Positions 25,700-39,170 are shown, counted from the first letter of the stretch. The stretch: DNA of 64,000 bases from Octopus sinensis (GCF_006345805.1 NC_043003.1:15004001-15068000); one strand, 5' to 3'. Numbers and translations are program-made. The notes: generated by a model not told the origin, from the letters alone.

Positions 25700-27134
25700 T
25701 TTACGAGAGAGGGATGACCTCCCTTTGCAAATACCATAAGGGCACAGATAGTGTGCCATATAGCCAGCTGGAGACGACGATATCCTGGGGCTACAAGCTA
25801 CAGTAACACCCACCCTTAGTGGTTAGCCATATTGAGATGGCTAGTATACTTTACGTTGTCGAGCGGTTACTGTTTACATCTCCTTCAGAGATTTATTATT
25901 GCTCTATATATATATATATATATATATATGCATGTACATATCTATGTACAGTCAAATGACACCTGTTGTTATGTCCTGTTATTACTATTATTATTGTTTT
26001 TTTTTGTATTATTTTTGTATTTATATTCGTGTAACATCGTCCTTTTTTCTGTCCTTGTTTCATATACATTCGATCCTTTTTCCAAGGAATCTAATGCTCT
26101 TAGCTTAGTTTTTCCTTGGGGCTGGCCAGATTGGAGCAATCTCAAGATTAATCAGCCAAATTGTGAGGATGATCTGGTTCTTGACTGAAGATTAAAGGCT
26201 TCGAATGACCCGTCCATATTTTTTATATCGTCTATCTGGATGTTTTGCATTCTTGTCCCATTTTGTATTTTCATATATATATATAAATATATATCACCGG
26301 CGATTTTTTTTCCTCTGTCTTCCCTTCTCGGGATCTTTCCTTCTCCTATGATTCCGACGAAGAGCTCCGCTTGAAACGTTAAACCCTCCTTCTTCCCTTC
26401 TTTCCTGAGCGTCCAATAATAATTTATTTGTTCCATGTCCTCGTGTTGTTGTGTTTTTTTGTGTGTTTTCTTGTTTGGATTAACTATATATTATATATAT
26501 ATATATATAATATATATATATATAATATATGCATTTATATACACACTTTTACATCTGTTACCAAGGCTCAGCAACAAAAGATGTTCACCAAATTACTGAA
26601 GTGTTACTATATTCTTGAAACCATTTCTGTATGATGGAGTTCTTTGACATGAAATGTATTTCTCATGGATTCCCATGTTGATCAACATCTATGTAACATG
26701 GGAGTCCATGAAAAATATCTATAACCCTATGATATTCCATGTTAAGCCAAGAATTTCAGGAACGCAACGTTTCAATAATGTGGAAGATAATTATACATCC
26801 ATTATGAAGAATCATATTTTTGTTTTTTTTGTCATCCTGGTTCTTCCATTATCTTTTCCTGCACCATCTTGCATCTCATTCTCTCCTCTTATATTTCTCT
26901 CTCTCTCTGTTCGTCTCTCTTTCTTTCTTTCTTCTTTCTTTCTTTCTTTCTTTCACTCTTTCTCTCTTCCATTCTTCCTCTCTGTCTTTCTCTCCCAGTT
27001 TCTGCCTGTCTGTCTATCTATCTGTCCGTTTCTCTCCCTCTCTTTCTTTCTCTCCCAGTTTCTGCATGTCTGTCTATCTCTCTCTCTCTTTCTCTTTCTC
27101 AAAATTTTCTAGCTACGCTTCTTGACTGGGCGTC

Positions 27135-27175
27135 AAAATCACCATCATTGTTATCATCATCATCATCATTATCAA

Positions 27176-27216
<41 letters not shown>

Positions 27217-28170
27217 CCACCATCATCACCACCATCATCACCACCATTGTCATCATCATCATCATCATCATCATTGTCATCGTCGTCGTCATCATCATCA
27301 TCATTATCATCACCACCATCATCACCACCATTATTATCATCATCATTGTCATCGTCGTCGTCACCATCTTCATTGTCATTATCATCACTATCACCACCGC
27401 TACCACTGCAACCATCATCACCACCACTGCCTTCTCATTATCATCATCATTGTCATCATCATTGTTATTATCATCAGCGCTCATCATCATCATCATCATC
27501 ATCACCACTGCCTTCTCATTATCATCATTATCGTCATCGTCATCTTCATCTTCATCACCACCATCACTGCCTTCTCATTATCATGATCATTGTTCATCAT
27601 CCTCATCATCATCACCTCTTCCACCACTGCCACCACCATCATCATCATCATCGTCATAGGTGATGTTGCATGGAGATGGAAATCCAAAGAGCACCCACCT
27701 CTGTACTCAAGATGTAGTGGCCAGGAACCGACGTGGCCAACCACCATGAAAATTTCCATGTACACCCAGGGAGGGTGGCGTCACCTCCCACCCAATGGAC
27801 TTTGCATTGCACAGCATTAGTTTTGGCGTATTTCAGTCGTTGTTCTGTGGCCATGCTGGGGTACCACCTTGAAGAGTTAACTCAATCAAACAATGAGAAT
27901 GGTGAGGGTGGGTAGCTGGGTGGTGATTGTGATAAGTGATGAAGATGGTGATGAGGGGGAGACGGTGGTTGCGGTGATGATAATGATGATGATGGTGACA
28001 ATAATGGTGGTGGTGGTGGTGGTGGTGGTGGTTGTGGTGGTTAGGATGAGGAAAATAGGGATGAGGATGAGCATCATAACGAAGATGGTGACATTAACTG
28101 TGATGTTGATGATGATGGTAATGGTGATGATAAAGATGATGATGATGATGATGATTCTATGAAGATGATA

Positions 28171-28203
<33 letters not shown>

Positions 28204-28268
28204 GTTGTGATGATGGTCATGATGGTAGTCATGATGATGATGATGATGATGATTCTATGAAGATGATA

Positions 28269-28334
<66 letters not shown>

Positions 28335-28396
28335 GTTGTGATGATGGTCATGATGGTGGTCATGATGATGATGATGATGATTCTATGAAGATGATA

Positions 28397-28435
<39 letters not shown>

Positions 28436-29198
28436 GTTGTGATGATGGTCATGATGGTGGTCATGATGATGATGATGATGACGATGATGATGATGATGGT
28501 GGTGGTGGTGGTGATGAAAATAGTTATGATGATGGTAATGAAGTTTGTGAAGATGAAAATGGTGAAAGTAATGGAAACAATGGCTGATGATGGAAAAGGT
28601 GATTGTGGCAGTGATGATGATGATGATGATGATGACGACAGGATCACATAGAATCACATCTAATTATTAATAGTTTTTTTGTTATTTAGTCCGGGAGTCA
28701 ACCCTAATTTAGACAAACTATGATTAATTGCATTCCAGCTATGACCATCCTGTCTTATTTTCAAGTAATATATGTTGGACTACATTCTTCAATGTGTTTC
28801 ACTTGTTTAAGACTGGAATATAATTGGTAAGAGATTTAGCTGCTATTTCTAGCTATTCAAGCAGTCACTTAGGGTTCTCATTTAAGATAAGACCTCTAAG
28901 TGGCCTCTCAGACTGCTAGAAATAGCAGTTCAAGTTTTTATGTCAGAGTAGGAGTTGTTCTAGTTGGAGTTGTGGTATCAACTGTGTATGATGCTATTGG
29001 TGGTTATGGTGGTGGTTTTTGTGGTGATGATGGTTGTGCTGTGGTAGTAGTTGCAGTGGCAATGATGGTGGTGGTGGTGGTGCTGGTGCAGGTGGTGGTG
29101 GTGGTGGTGGTGATGGCGGCGGTGAGTTGTAAGGATAATAGCACTTGTAATGGTACAATAATTAGGCAGCAAAATTAGTAGTTGTGGTGGTGGTGGTG

Positions 29199-29238
<40 letters not shown>

Positions 29239-29345
29239 TGGCTGTAGTAGTAGTAGTAGTAGTAGCAGTAGCAGTAGCAGTAGTAGTAGTGGTGGTGGTG
29301 GTGGTGGTGGTGGTTGTAGTAGTTGTAGTAGTGACTATAGTGGTA
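27135..29345. repeat. Cluster of (CAT)n, (GAT)n, (GGT)n and (TAG)n microsatellite tracts with short unique spacers
   Basis: Direct inspection. Confidence 0.9.
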
Positions 29346-30110
29346 GTAGAAGAATTGCAAAGTTGTAAAAGACAAAACCAGCAGCAACCACAAGAAGAAA
29401 AAAACAAAAAGAAAACATTACAAAAAAAAAATTACAAAAAAAAAATGAAACAAAAACAACAAAAGAAGGAAAAAAGAAAGACACGAAGAAAGAAACCAAA
29501 AAAGTCAAAGCAAGAAAGTCGGAGTTTGAGGTTAGGAGTAGTGGGGAGAGGCAAAGGTGAAAAAAAAAAACAAAACCCAAGACACAAAAAAAACAAAACA
29601 AATAAAAATAAAACAAAGGTGTGACAGAGTAAAGGTTTATTATACGTAACCCTTATTTCCTTTTCCACTAGAATATCCCATAATTACAGATTCCAAAGAC
29701 TGGCAGCAGCCCATTACCTACGACTTTATCCTTCATCCCCCACCCCCGACTTCCCCCCCACGCTTCACAAATAGCCTTTATTCTTTCGGTGTAAAGTTTG
29801 CTTTTATCTTTCGTTGTTTACGAATTTAATTTCCTTACGCTTTTGAAATCGGTGGAAATTCTGCGAGAATCTCAGCCGATAATGGTGTCATTTATTCTTG
29901 TCATACAATAAATTTTTATCGACTTCTTAAATTGCTGCTCCTGCTGCTGCTGCTGCTGCTGTTACTGCTGTTGCTACTATTCTGGTTCCTGCTGTGGCTG
30001 CTACTGTTTCTGCTACTGCTGCTGCTACCATTGTTTCTGCTGTTGTTGCAATTATTGATGCAATATCATCATCATCAGCATCATCATTATCATCATCATT
30101 ATTATTATTA

Positions 30111-30142
<32 letters not shown>

Positions 30143-30157
30143 GTTATTATTATTATT

Positions 30158-30852
30158 AAGGCAGTGAGCTGGCAGAATCGTTAGCCCGCTGGGTGTAATG
30201 CTTAGTGTATTTCATCTGTCTTTTATGTTCTGAGTTCAAATTTTACTGAAGTTGACTTTAACTTTCATCCTTTCAGGGTTGATAAATTAAGTACCAGTGA
30301 AACACTGGGGTTGATGTAATCGACTAGTCCCCTCCCAACAAATTTCAGGTCTTATACTTTTAGTAGAAAGGATTATTATTATTATTATTATTATTATTGT
30401 TATTATTATTATTATTAAGGTGGTGAGCTGGCAGAATCGTTAGTGTGCCGGACGAAACACTTAACAGTATTTCGCCCGTTGCTACGTTCTGAGTTCAAAT
30501 TTCGCTGAGGTCAACTTTGCCTTTCGTCTTTTCGGGGTTGATAAAATAAGTACCAGTTGCGTACTGGGGTCAATTTAATCGACTGGCCCCCTCCCCAAAA
30601 ATTTCGGGCCTTGTGTCTAGAGTAGAAAGGATTATTATTATTATTAAGGCATTGAGCTGGCAGAATCGTTAGCGCATCGGACGAAATGCTTAGCAGTATT
30701 TCACTCGTTACTACATTCAGAGTTCATATTTTGCTGAGGTCAACTTTACCTTTGAGGTCAATAAAATAAGCACCAGTTAAACACTGGTGCCGATGTAATC
30801 GACTCATCCCCTCGCCCACAATTTCAGTCCTTGTTCCTATAGTAGAAAGGAT
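30158..30852 (+). mobile_element. Three head-to-tail SINE family S3 copies separated by (TTA)n
   Basis: Units start AAGGCAGTGAGCTGGCAGAATCGTTAG or close variants (~30158, ~30417, ~30647), carry the B box GAGTTCAAAT and end AGTAGAAAGGATT(ATT)n. Confidence 0.85.
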
Positions 30853-30959
30853 TATTATAATTATTATTATTAATATTATCATTATTATTATTCCTTCGTA
30901 ACACAGTGTAGGTAAAAAACCTGGAGCCTTTGGTCATCTGTCAACTCACAACAAGGATT

Positions 30960-32110
30960 TCAGACAGATAATACTTTCCGTAAGATGTGTGCTGTGCCCA
31001 ATATGGCTGCTTTTTGCAAGACATCAATCTTGCATGGGATTTCCAGTTGCTTTAAGACGTTTTGAAGTTTCAATGGAATTGAACCTAATGCTCCAATCAC
31101 CACTGATATCACTTTTGCATTACCCTCTCGCATTCCATACAGTCTTGCCATTTCCAGTTTCAGATCAGAGTACTTGATGATATTTTTCGACCTCTTAACT
31201 CACAATGTTCATGTCATTTGGTATGGCTGCATCAATGATCTGACAGTATTTGTCTCTCTCATTCAATATGACAATATCCAGCCAATAGTGTTCGATTACA
31301 CGATCCGTCTGAAAATCATAGTCCCAGACCATCAGTACTTTTCCACCCCCCTGCATAACTTTACTTGGTACATGCTCATACCAGTTCTCTGTTACTTCAT
31401 ATTGATATTTACAGCACTTGTATTCTTGTTTGTGCAAGGCTCTCACATCCACTGACCAAGTGGGTCACATTTTCCACACTCTTTCCACAGAGTCTGCATT
31501 TCATGTCAGAAGTTTTATAGATGCTATACTTCACTGAATTGGTAGTGAGAGCCTGGTCTTGTACAGCAATGATCAGGCTTTCAGTGGTATGCTTCAAATC
31601 ACCTCACTCAAGCCATGCCCATGATGCTGTATTATCCTTAACGTCTTGTGTATTCCTTTCAAACTCTCCATACATTCTCATTTCAAGAAGGCTCCTCAGC
31701 TCTTTGGTTAAACTCTTCTTTGCCCATCATTTCATCTGCATTTACACCCATGTCATTCGTAGTATATTGCAGCAGGTCTTCATTACTATTCATCAAATAC
31801 ATGGCAAGCATTCTCTTTTCACTCCTTATACAATGGTCTATACTAATTAGTCCTCTGCCACCATTTTTCTTTTCATATACAGTCTGTTTACATTTGCTTT
31901 AGGGTGTAGCGCCCCATGCAGCGTCATCAACTTTCTCGTCCTTCTATCCAGTGTTGATATTTCTTCCTTAGTCCATTTGCGGATGGACGCACTATATCTG
32001 ACCACCACAACTGATATTCATTGCAGTAATCAAATTTTTGGCATTCAGGTTGGATTTCAAAATCATCTTCACACTTTTTTAATACACCTCCCCAAACTTA
32101 TGGTCCTTGT
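30960..32110 (-). mobile_element. R4/Dong-like non-LTR retrotransposon fragment (thumb region, CCHC, restriction-like endonuclease), frameshifted
   Basis: Minus translations give LHPKANVNRLYMKRKNGGRGL, CRLCGKSVENVTHLVSGC, IIDAAIPND, VIGALGSIP and LQKAAILGTAHILRKVL. Flanked by (TTA)n tracts. Confidence 0.85.
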
Positions 32111-32125
32111 GTCAAAATTTGAAAA

Positions 32126-32176
<51 letters not shown>

Positions 32177-32178
32177 GA

Positions 32179-32612
32179 TTGAGTGAGAGAGCAGTGCATG
32201 CCATCAAAGTGACAGTTGAACATGTCCCTTAGTGGCTGATAACAGGTACATCTCTGATCCCGAGCAGAAGTAGTGGAGGAGTATCATAGCCATGTGTTGA
32301 GAGGGATTCTTTGGGGTTTGAATAATTCACCTCTGGAAATATAGGTGTTTCATTCAACATCCTTAAACAATCCTTATTCAAGGACCTTTTGAGTGGGATG
32401 GGCTACTTGACCAGAAGAAAATTCTAACTGGGCCCCCACCTGCAAAGTCATGTGCTGTTTGTCTTGATATGAGATCATCATGTCGCGCATATATGGTTGT
32501 GATGCATGTGCTTAATGTACCCTTATCAGACAGGTAGTCATGATGGTTATACTGGGCTTTGTATATTTTACCCCAGTGTCACTTTGATGGCATGAACTGC
32601 TCTCTCACTCAA
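32179..32612. mobile_element. Dispersed repeat with a 36-bp inverted terminal duplication, set in (TAA)n
   Basis: TTGAGTGAGAGAGCAGTGCATGCCATCAAAGTGACA is mirrored at 32577-32612. The body is related to ~530-700 and 39895-40270. Confidence 0.6.
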
Positions 32613-32632
32613 TAATAATAATAATAATAATA

Positions 32633-33017
32633 GTGGCTGCGTGGTAAGTAGCTTGTTTACCAACAACATGGTTCCAGGTTCAGTCCCACTGCATGGCACC
32701 TTGGGCAAGTGTCTTCTACTATAGCCTCGAGCCGACCAAAGCCTTGTGAGTGGATTTGGTAGACGGAAACTGAAAAGAAGCCCGTCGTATATATGTATAT
32801 ATATATGCGTGTGTGTGTTTGTCCCCCTAGCATTGCTTGACAACCGATGCTGGTGTGTTTATGTCCCCGTTACTTAGCGGTTCGGCAAAAAAGACCGATA
32901 GAATAAGTACTGGGCTTACAAAAAGAATAAGTCCCGGGGTTGAGTTGCTCGATTAAAGGCGGTGTTCCAGCATGGCCACAGTCAAAATGACTGAAACAAG
33001 TAAAAGAGTAAAAGAGT
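32633..33017 (+). mobile_element. SINE family S1
   Basis: Match to the other S1 copies. Confidence 0.85.
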
Positions 33018-34535
33018 AATAATAATAATAATAATCATTGTTATTATTTGATGAGAAATCTCAGCTTATTTTGCTGGGTATGGTAGAAAGTGTTAGCTCT
33101 CTACAGCCAGCAGATTAAGGTGACACTTGTTTACTGATCAGGCTTCAAGAACCCTATGAAAAACTCTTGCAATTCCAAGCAGTGATGATTTTTGTAGGTG
33201 TCCTATCTTTACATTTGTACCAATCTTTTTGAGTCATGTTGGTAGTTGAATTGTTATTATTATTTTCATTATTATTATTATTATTATTATTAATGTAATT
33301 GTTGTTGTGGTTGTTGTTATTAAGGGCACAGAACTGACAGAATAGTTAGTGTGTCAAAATGCCTAGAAAGATTTCATCGATATAGATCCTACTTCAACAA
33401 TCTAAACCCTTCTGATAAATGAAGCAATGAAGCAAAATGGATTTAAAGATAAAAATATCTATGTAAATAATCTTCATTCTCAGATACATAAAAGCTGAAA
33501 ACAAAATTATTTAGTTTAATATCCCATTAAGTGAAAATATATATACACGTATTGCTAGGTTTTTCTTTAACTTATTGGATAAACATTGTCTTATCAGATA
33601 AACACTGATAAACAAGAATAATAAAAATTTTAAAAATTGATTACTAGTAATATTAAATGTGGCTTCAGTACTGTACATAATTTTGCCTCATAAATAGTAA
33701 ACATCAGTTGTAAAAATCTTAATAAAATTACTTATAGCTAATACCTCCCATTAAATAATTCCTGTCTGTTGAAATTGATAATTTATTGTGTAAAATAATT
33801 ACAGCTGATAATTCAGTTTTCAAAGATTATATGAGGTTAACTGAGTATAATTTTAAAGGAAGATTTTATCCTCATTGTCATTCTTTTAGAAATCTTGAAA
33901 GCTCTTTCATATGCTCTTTGAAAACTTACAGTTAGAGACCATAGAATTATTTGGGATATATTACAACTGCTGCCTAGCTTCAAAAACTGTGTAGCAATGG
34001 TCGTGATCTTTGCCTCTTTGAGAAAATGCACATGCTGTTCCATAGAAACTCTATCTTGAACATCCATTCAGAATTAATATCTTATTGTCATCACAAATCA
34101 AAATATTTGTTAGAATATTTTAAGTCATCTAATGGCTGAACCTGAATAGTCACGTAATATATTAATACCTGTTGTATAAAAAATATTCTTTGGTTGATGT
34201 GTATCAAATATTTATTTTTGCCAACATATATCAAAAGACTGAGTGAGATAGAGTTATACAATAACATAACATGTTTCAAATACATCAAAAGGCTTTACAT
34301 TGTCAATATGCATATTTAGTCATTTTCATATTTTATACCATGTATGAGGATGGGTTTGTTTTGTTTATTTCTTTGGTTGCTTGAAAAATCAGTAAAATGG
34401 GGAACTTATGAGTGTGATCTAAAGCTTGTAGCTGTAATTTCAGTTTGAAACGTGTGTGTATATGTGTTTGTGTGTGTGTATGTGTTTGTGTGTGTGTGTT
34501 TATTACCTATCTATCTATCTATCTCTCTATATATC

Positions 34536-34583
<48 letters not shown>

Positions 34584-34588
34584 CACAC

Positions 34589-34663
<75 letters not shown>

Positions 34664-35390
34664 CATACACACACATATATATGTATATACAGATAGATAT
34701 AAGCATAGATATATATATATGCATATATATATATATATATATATATAATCACTGATGATGATTATGTATGTATGTATGTATAGAGACAGACAGACAGACT
34801 GATGGACAGACAGACTGATGGACAGACAGACTGATGGACAGACAGACTGATGGACAGACAGATGGGCAGACAGATAGATAGCCAGACACATAGATAGATA
34901 GATAGACAGACAGATAGATAGATTGATAGATATGTAGGTAAGTAGGCAGGTATGCAGGTATGCAGGTTGGTAGATATGCAGGTTGGTAGGTTGGTAGGTT
35001 GGTAGGTAGGTATGTTGATATACATGACACAATTTCAACTGATGAGCCTGTTTACTTTGTTATTGACCGGCACCTATTCTGTGACAAAGACGAGATCTAA
35101 ACAACTATTGATTTCTTCGTTGGAATCTTTGCTTTTATTGATTTCTTTTGCTCCTGAATAAACATTGGTGATACACACATACACACACTGATAACTACAT
35201 CTCCACATAAACACGCATGCTTTGATGTATACATATGTAGAGAACTAACATTCATGTATGTATGTATATATATATATATATGTATATATATGTATGTATA
35301 TATATATGTGCATATATATATGTGTGTGTGTGTGCATGTATGTGTATATATATATATGTGTGTGTGTGGGTATATATATATGTGTGTGTG

Positions 35391-35458
<68 letters not shown>

Positions 35459-35519
35459 GTGTGTGTGTGTTGTTTGTGTGTGGTGTATATATATATGTGT
35501 GTGTGTGTGTTTGTGTGTG

Positions 35520-35570
<51 letters not shown>

Positions 35571-35575
35571 GTGTG

Positions 35576-35620
<45 letters not shown>

Positions 35621-35643
35621 TAGACAGACAGACATACTGATAG

Positions 35644-35675
<32 letters not shown>

Positions 35676-35844
35676 ATAGATAAATAAATAGATAATAAGA
35701 TAAGATACATATATAAATACATAGACAGACAGACAGACATAACTACATACATACACATATACTTACACATGTGCATAAACTCATGCATTCATTCATATAT
35801 ATACATGTATACATACAGACAGGCAGACCGACAGACATATGTAG

Positions 35845-35880
<36 letters not shown>

Positions 35881-36259
35881 GAGTACACATGTACAAATAT
35901 AACATTCATACATACAGACAGACAGTCTTAATCGCTAAACATGAATGATATGACAATCTAACTATTGTTTATATCCTCATAACATAGTGGTTCAACAAAA
36001 GAGATCGATTGAATGAGTACAATACTCAAAAATAAATAAATAAATAAATAAAAGTACCAGGGTTTGTGCTAATACAATTCTATATTTTTGGAATGAAGAA
36101 TTTGTATTATGTATGCTGCTTATATTAGTCGGAGTGGTGTCCTCATCTTGATTGTTGCTTTCACTACATTTCAGCTGTTGCATGCTCCAGCCGTCTTCAG
36201 GTGTCTTGTGATTCACTTTAGTGTCTTACCTGAGACTGAACTCAGAACTTCTAGGTGAC

Positions 36260-36595
36260 TGCACTGGCAACGACCACACTCGAATGGTGCTTTTTATATG
36301 CCACCCTCACAGGTGCCAGTCAGGCAATATTGGTATCGACCAGGCTCGAATGGTGCTTTTTATGTGCCAGTCAGGCAATACTGGTATCGACCAGGCTCGA
36401 ATGGTGCTTTTTATGTGCCACCAGCACAGGTGCCAGTCAGGCAATACTGGTATCGACCAGGCTCGAATGGTGCTTTTTATGTGCCACCAGCACAGGTGCC
36501 AGTCAGGCAATACTGGTATCGACCAGGCTCGAATCGTGCTTTTTATGTGCCACCAGCACAGGTGCCAGTCAGGCAATACTGGTATCGACCACAAC
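36260..36595. repeat. 66-bp minisatellite (about 5 units) inside an S2-type element
   Basis: Unit CGAATGGTGCTTTTTATGTGCCACCAGCACAGGTGCCAGTCAGGCAATACTGGTATCGACCAGGCT; gives a 22-aa periodicity in the ORF track. Confidence 0.9.
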
Positions 36596-36819
36596 AATGA
36601 TTTCACTTGACTCAACAGGTCTTCTCAAGCACAGTTCATTGCCAAATGATTGAAGGGTACCCTTATATGGGCCGGTTATGCTACACTGGCATAGGCTATG
36701 GTTATGCCTGTCTAGCTTAACTGGCTCACTTAAGAGTACATATATGTATGTACATATGTATGTATATATGTATGTACATAAGTATGTATGTATGTTTTTT
36801 CTTTGAGTTTAATTTAATA

Positions 36820-37009
36820 CAGTTCTATAATTAAGAGTTAAGGAATTATGTAAATTATTTACGTTATTTACATTATTTATATTTGACGGATATTTGTCCT
36901 CATCTTGTTTGTTGTAAACAAAACGTTTCAGTTGATATACCCTCCAGCCTTCATCGGGTGTCTTGGGGAAATTTTGAACCTGGGTCCTCATTCCTAAGAT
37001 TTCTTTCGA

Positions 37010-37043
<34 letters not shown>

Positions 37044-37134
37044 GTTATTATTATTATTCAGGTCACTGCCTGGAATCAAACTTGGAATCTTGGGGTTAGT
37101 AGCCCGCATTCTTAACCACTACATCATATATCCA
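36820..37134 (-). mobile_element. Short element with tRNA-like head, (AAT)n linker, minimal hammerhead and AT-rich tail
   Basis: Minus strand: tRNA-like head (37058-37134), (AAT)n, GACAC-CCGAUGA-AGGCUGG..UCAACU-GAAA-CGUU (36917-36962), then a tail ending ...TATAGAACTG. A second complete copy lies at 53510-53822. Confidence 0.7.
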
Positions 37135-37199
37135 TGGGCATAGTGATTAAGAGCATGGGCCACTATCCCCAAGATTCCGAGTTTGATTCCAGGCAGTGA

Positions 37200-37275
<76 letters not shown>

Positions 37276-38172
37276 AAGAAGAAGAAGAAGAAGAAGAATC
37301 GAACTTGGAATCTTGGGGTTAGTAGCCTGCAGTCTTAACCACTAAGCCATATGCCTGTGGGCATATGCACCTATGATGATATGTATGTGTGGCTGTATGT
37401 ATATATAAATGTATCTATGAATGTATGTCTGCATCAAATACAAGCTGACACAGATCTCTCTCCAAGGAGCACTGAAAAATCCTACTTAACACTAAAAAAG
37501 TAATAAAAACACACATACAATAAGACAATGAAATAACCCAGTTCATAGAGAAAGTTGTTCTTCGGTACTTCTAATTTTTTTTTGCTGATCTTTAACACTG
37601 ATTCTAAAAATGCAAATTGGAACATCGGCATAGAAAGGAATTTTCTTGTTATAATTGTCTCAGGGACCCGAAGACTAATAATAGCCTATTGGTAGATGTT
37701 TATCAGTACACCAGATCTTGAATCTGTCACTGATCTTGCTACCAATCAGGAATTGACTCTTAGCACCTACAAACATAGCCTGGGCCATTCATACAAAGAA
37801 TTCATCTCTCTCTCGTTTTCTCGTTGCTCACAAGACAGTAGAATATAGAACTCTCGACAACCACTTTATATTCTAATTAGCTTTTTTGTTTTGTTTGTTT
37901 GTTTGTTTGTTTGTTTATTTGTTTGTTTGTTTGTTTGTTTGTTTTTGGTTATATTTATTTCCATTTTTGGCGTTTCCATGTTGGCAAGTCGTAAACATAT
38001 ATTTGAGCTTCTTGCCTTATAAATTATGTATAACTACAAAAACTAAAATAATAATAGTGAAAACGATGATGATGCAGTGGGGGCGGATTTGGTGGTGATG
38101 ATGATGATGATTAGAATAATAATAACAACAATAATAATAATAATAATAATAATAGTAATATAATAATGATGA

Positions 38173-38206
<34 letters not shown>

Positions 38207-38679
38207 GGTGGTGGTGGTGGTAATGATGATGATAATAATAACTCAAAAATCAATTCAAAATTTTTCATGCCAGTTATCTAATAAATGATCTTTTATTTTC
38301 ATTTTTATTTGAAAATTTCTTTTAAAAAAAATGAAATACCTTGTACTCATTATTTGAATTTTGATAGCAAGCCTGTTGGAAGAATTTCAACCAGTTATGT
38401 TTTGTTTATATTTGAATTTTACTTATTATTATCTATTTTTATTTTTATTTTTATTTTTTGCATAAATCTTTGATTTTTTTTTTTGCATATTTTGTAACAA
38501 TTGTTTAGGGTATATATATATTTTGGAACATTTACAGATTTCTTTAACACATTTTAAAGCAACTACTCCACCTGGTCACAGAAATAGTACCTTTTTCTCT
38601 GGTTTGGATGCTCTAGGCCAGAACAATAATGATAATAATAACAGTAACGATAATAATAGTACTAATAGATTCTCCAGTC

Positions 38680-39170
38680 GACATTGACAGAATGATCCAG
38701 GCTAATTGACCAGACATAGTTATTAAAGACATGGAAGGAAATACTTGTAGACTAATAAATGTAAGTGTTCCCACTGATAAAAATATATGTACAGGAATTT
38801 GACAAATTAATTAAATATAAGGACCTGGAAATTGAAATACAAAAGATGTGGCATCTTAAAGCAAGAACTGTTCCTATTATTGTGGGTGTCTTAGGTATGA
38901 TAAGGAAGAGATATCAGAAACATCTAGATAATATCCCAGGAGAATCATGTCTCAAAGAAATCCAAAAGATTCTGCTGACATGTACTGTCCACATCCTTAG
39001 AAAAATCCTAACAGTTTAAATGTCTGTGTTGTATTACATGAAGATATTTTGCTACTGCTCCTGCCACTTTCCCTCCCCAAGCTTTCAGTCATACTGTATC
39101 ATCACGTATCCTTCACTCACCCAAGGATGCTGGGTGTGTCTTGGCAAGTGATTGTAACAATCATGCAAAT
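38680..39170 (+). mobile_element. R4/Dong-like LINE 3' fragment
   Basis: KYKDLEIEIQKMWHLKARTVPIIVGVLGMI...IQKILLTCTVHILRKILTV*; preceded by a TAA-rich tract. Confidence 0.85.

Noticed and set aside
26160-26215. CTGAAGA...CGAA as another hammerhead (related sequence near 25295)
   Set aside because: No convincing stem II or stem I, and GAAT replaces GAAA.
36260-36595. Regularly spaced repeats resembling a CRISPR array or a repeat protein
   Set aside because: The whole 66-bp unit repeats with no unique spacers, there are no cas genes, and it lies within a eukaryotic SINE-like element.
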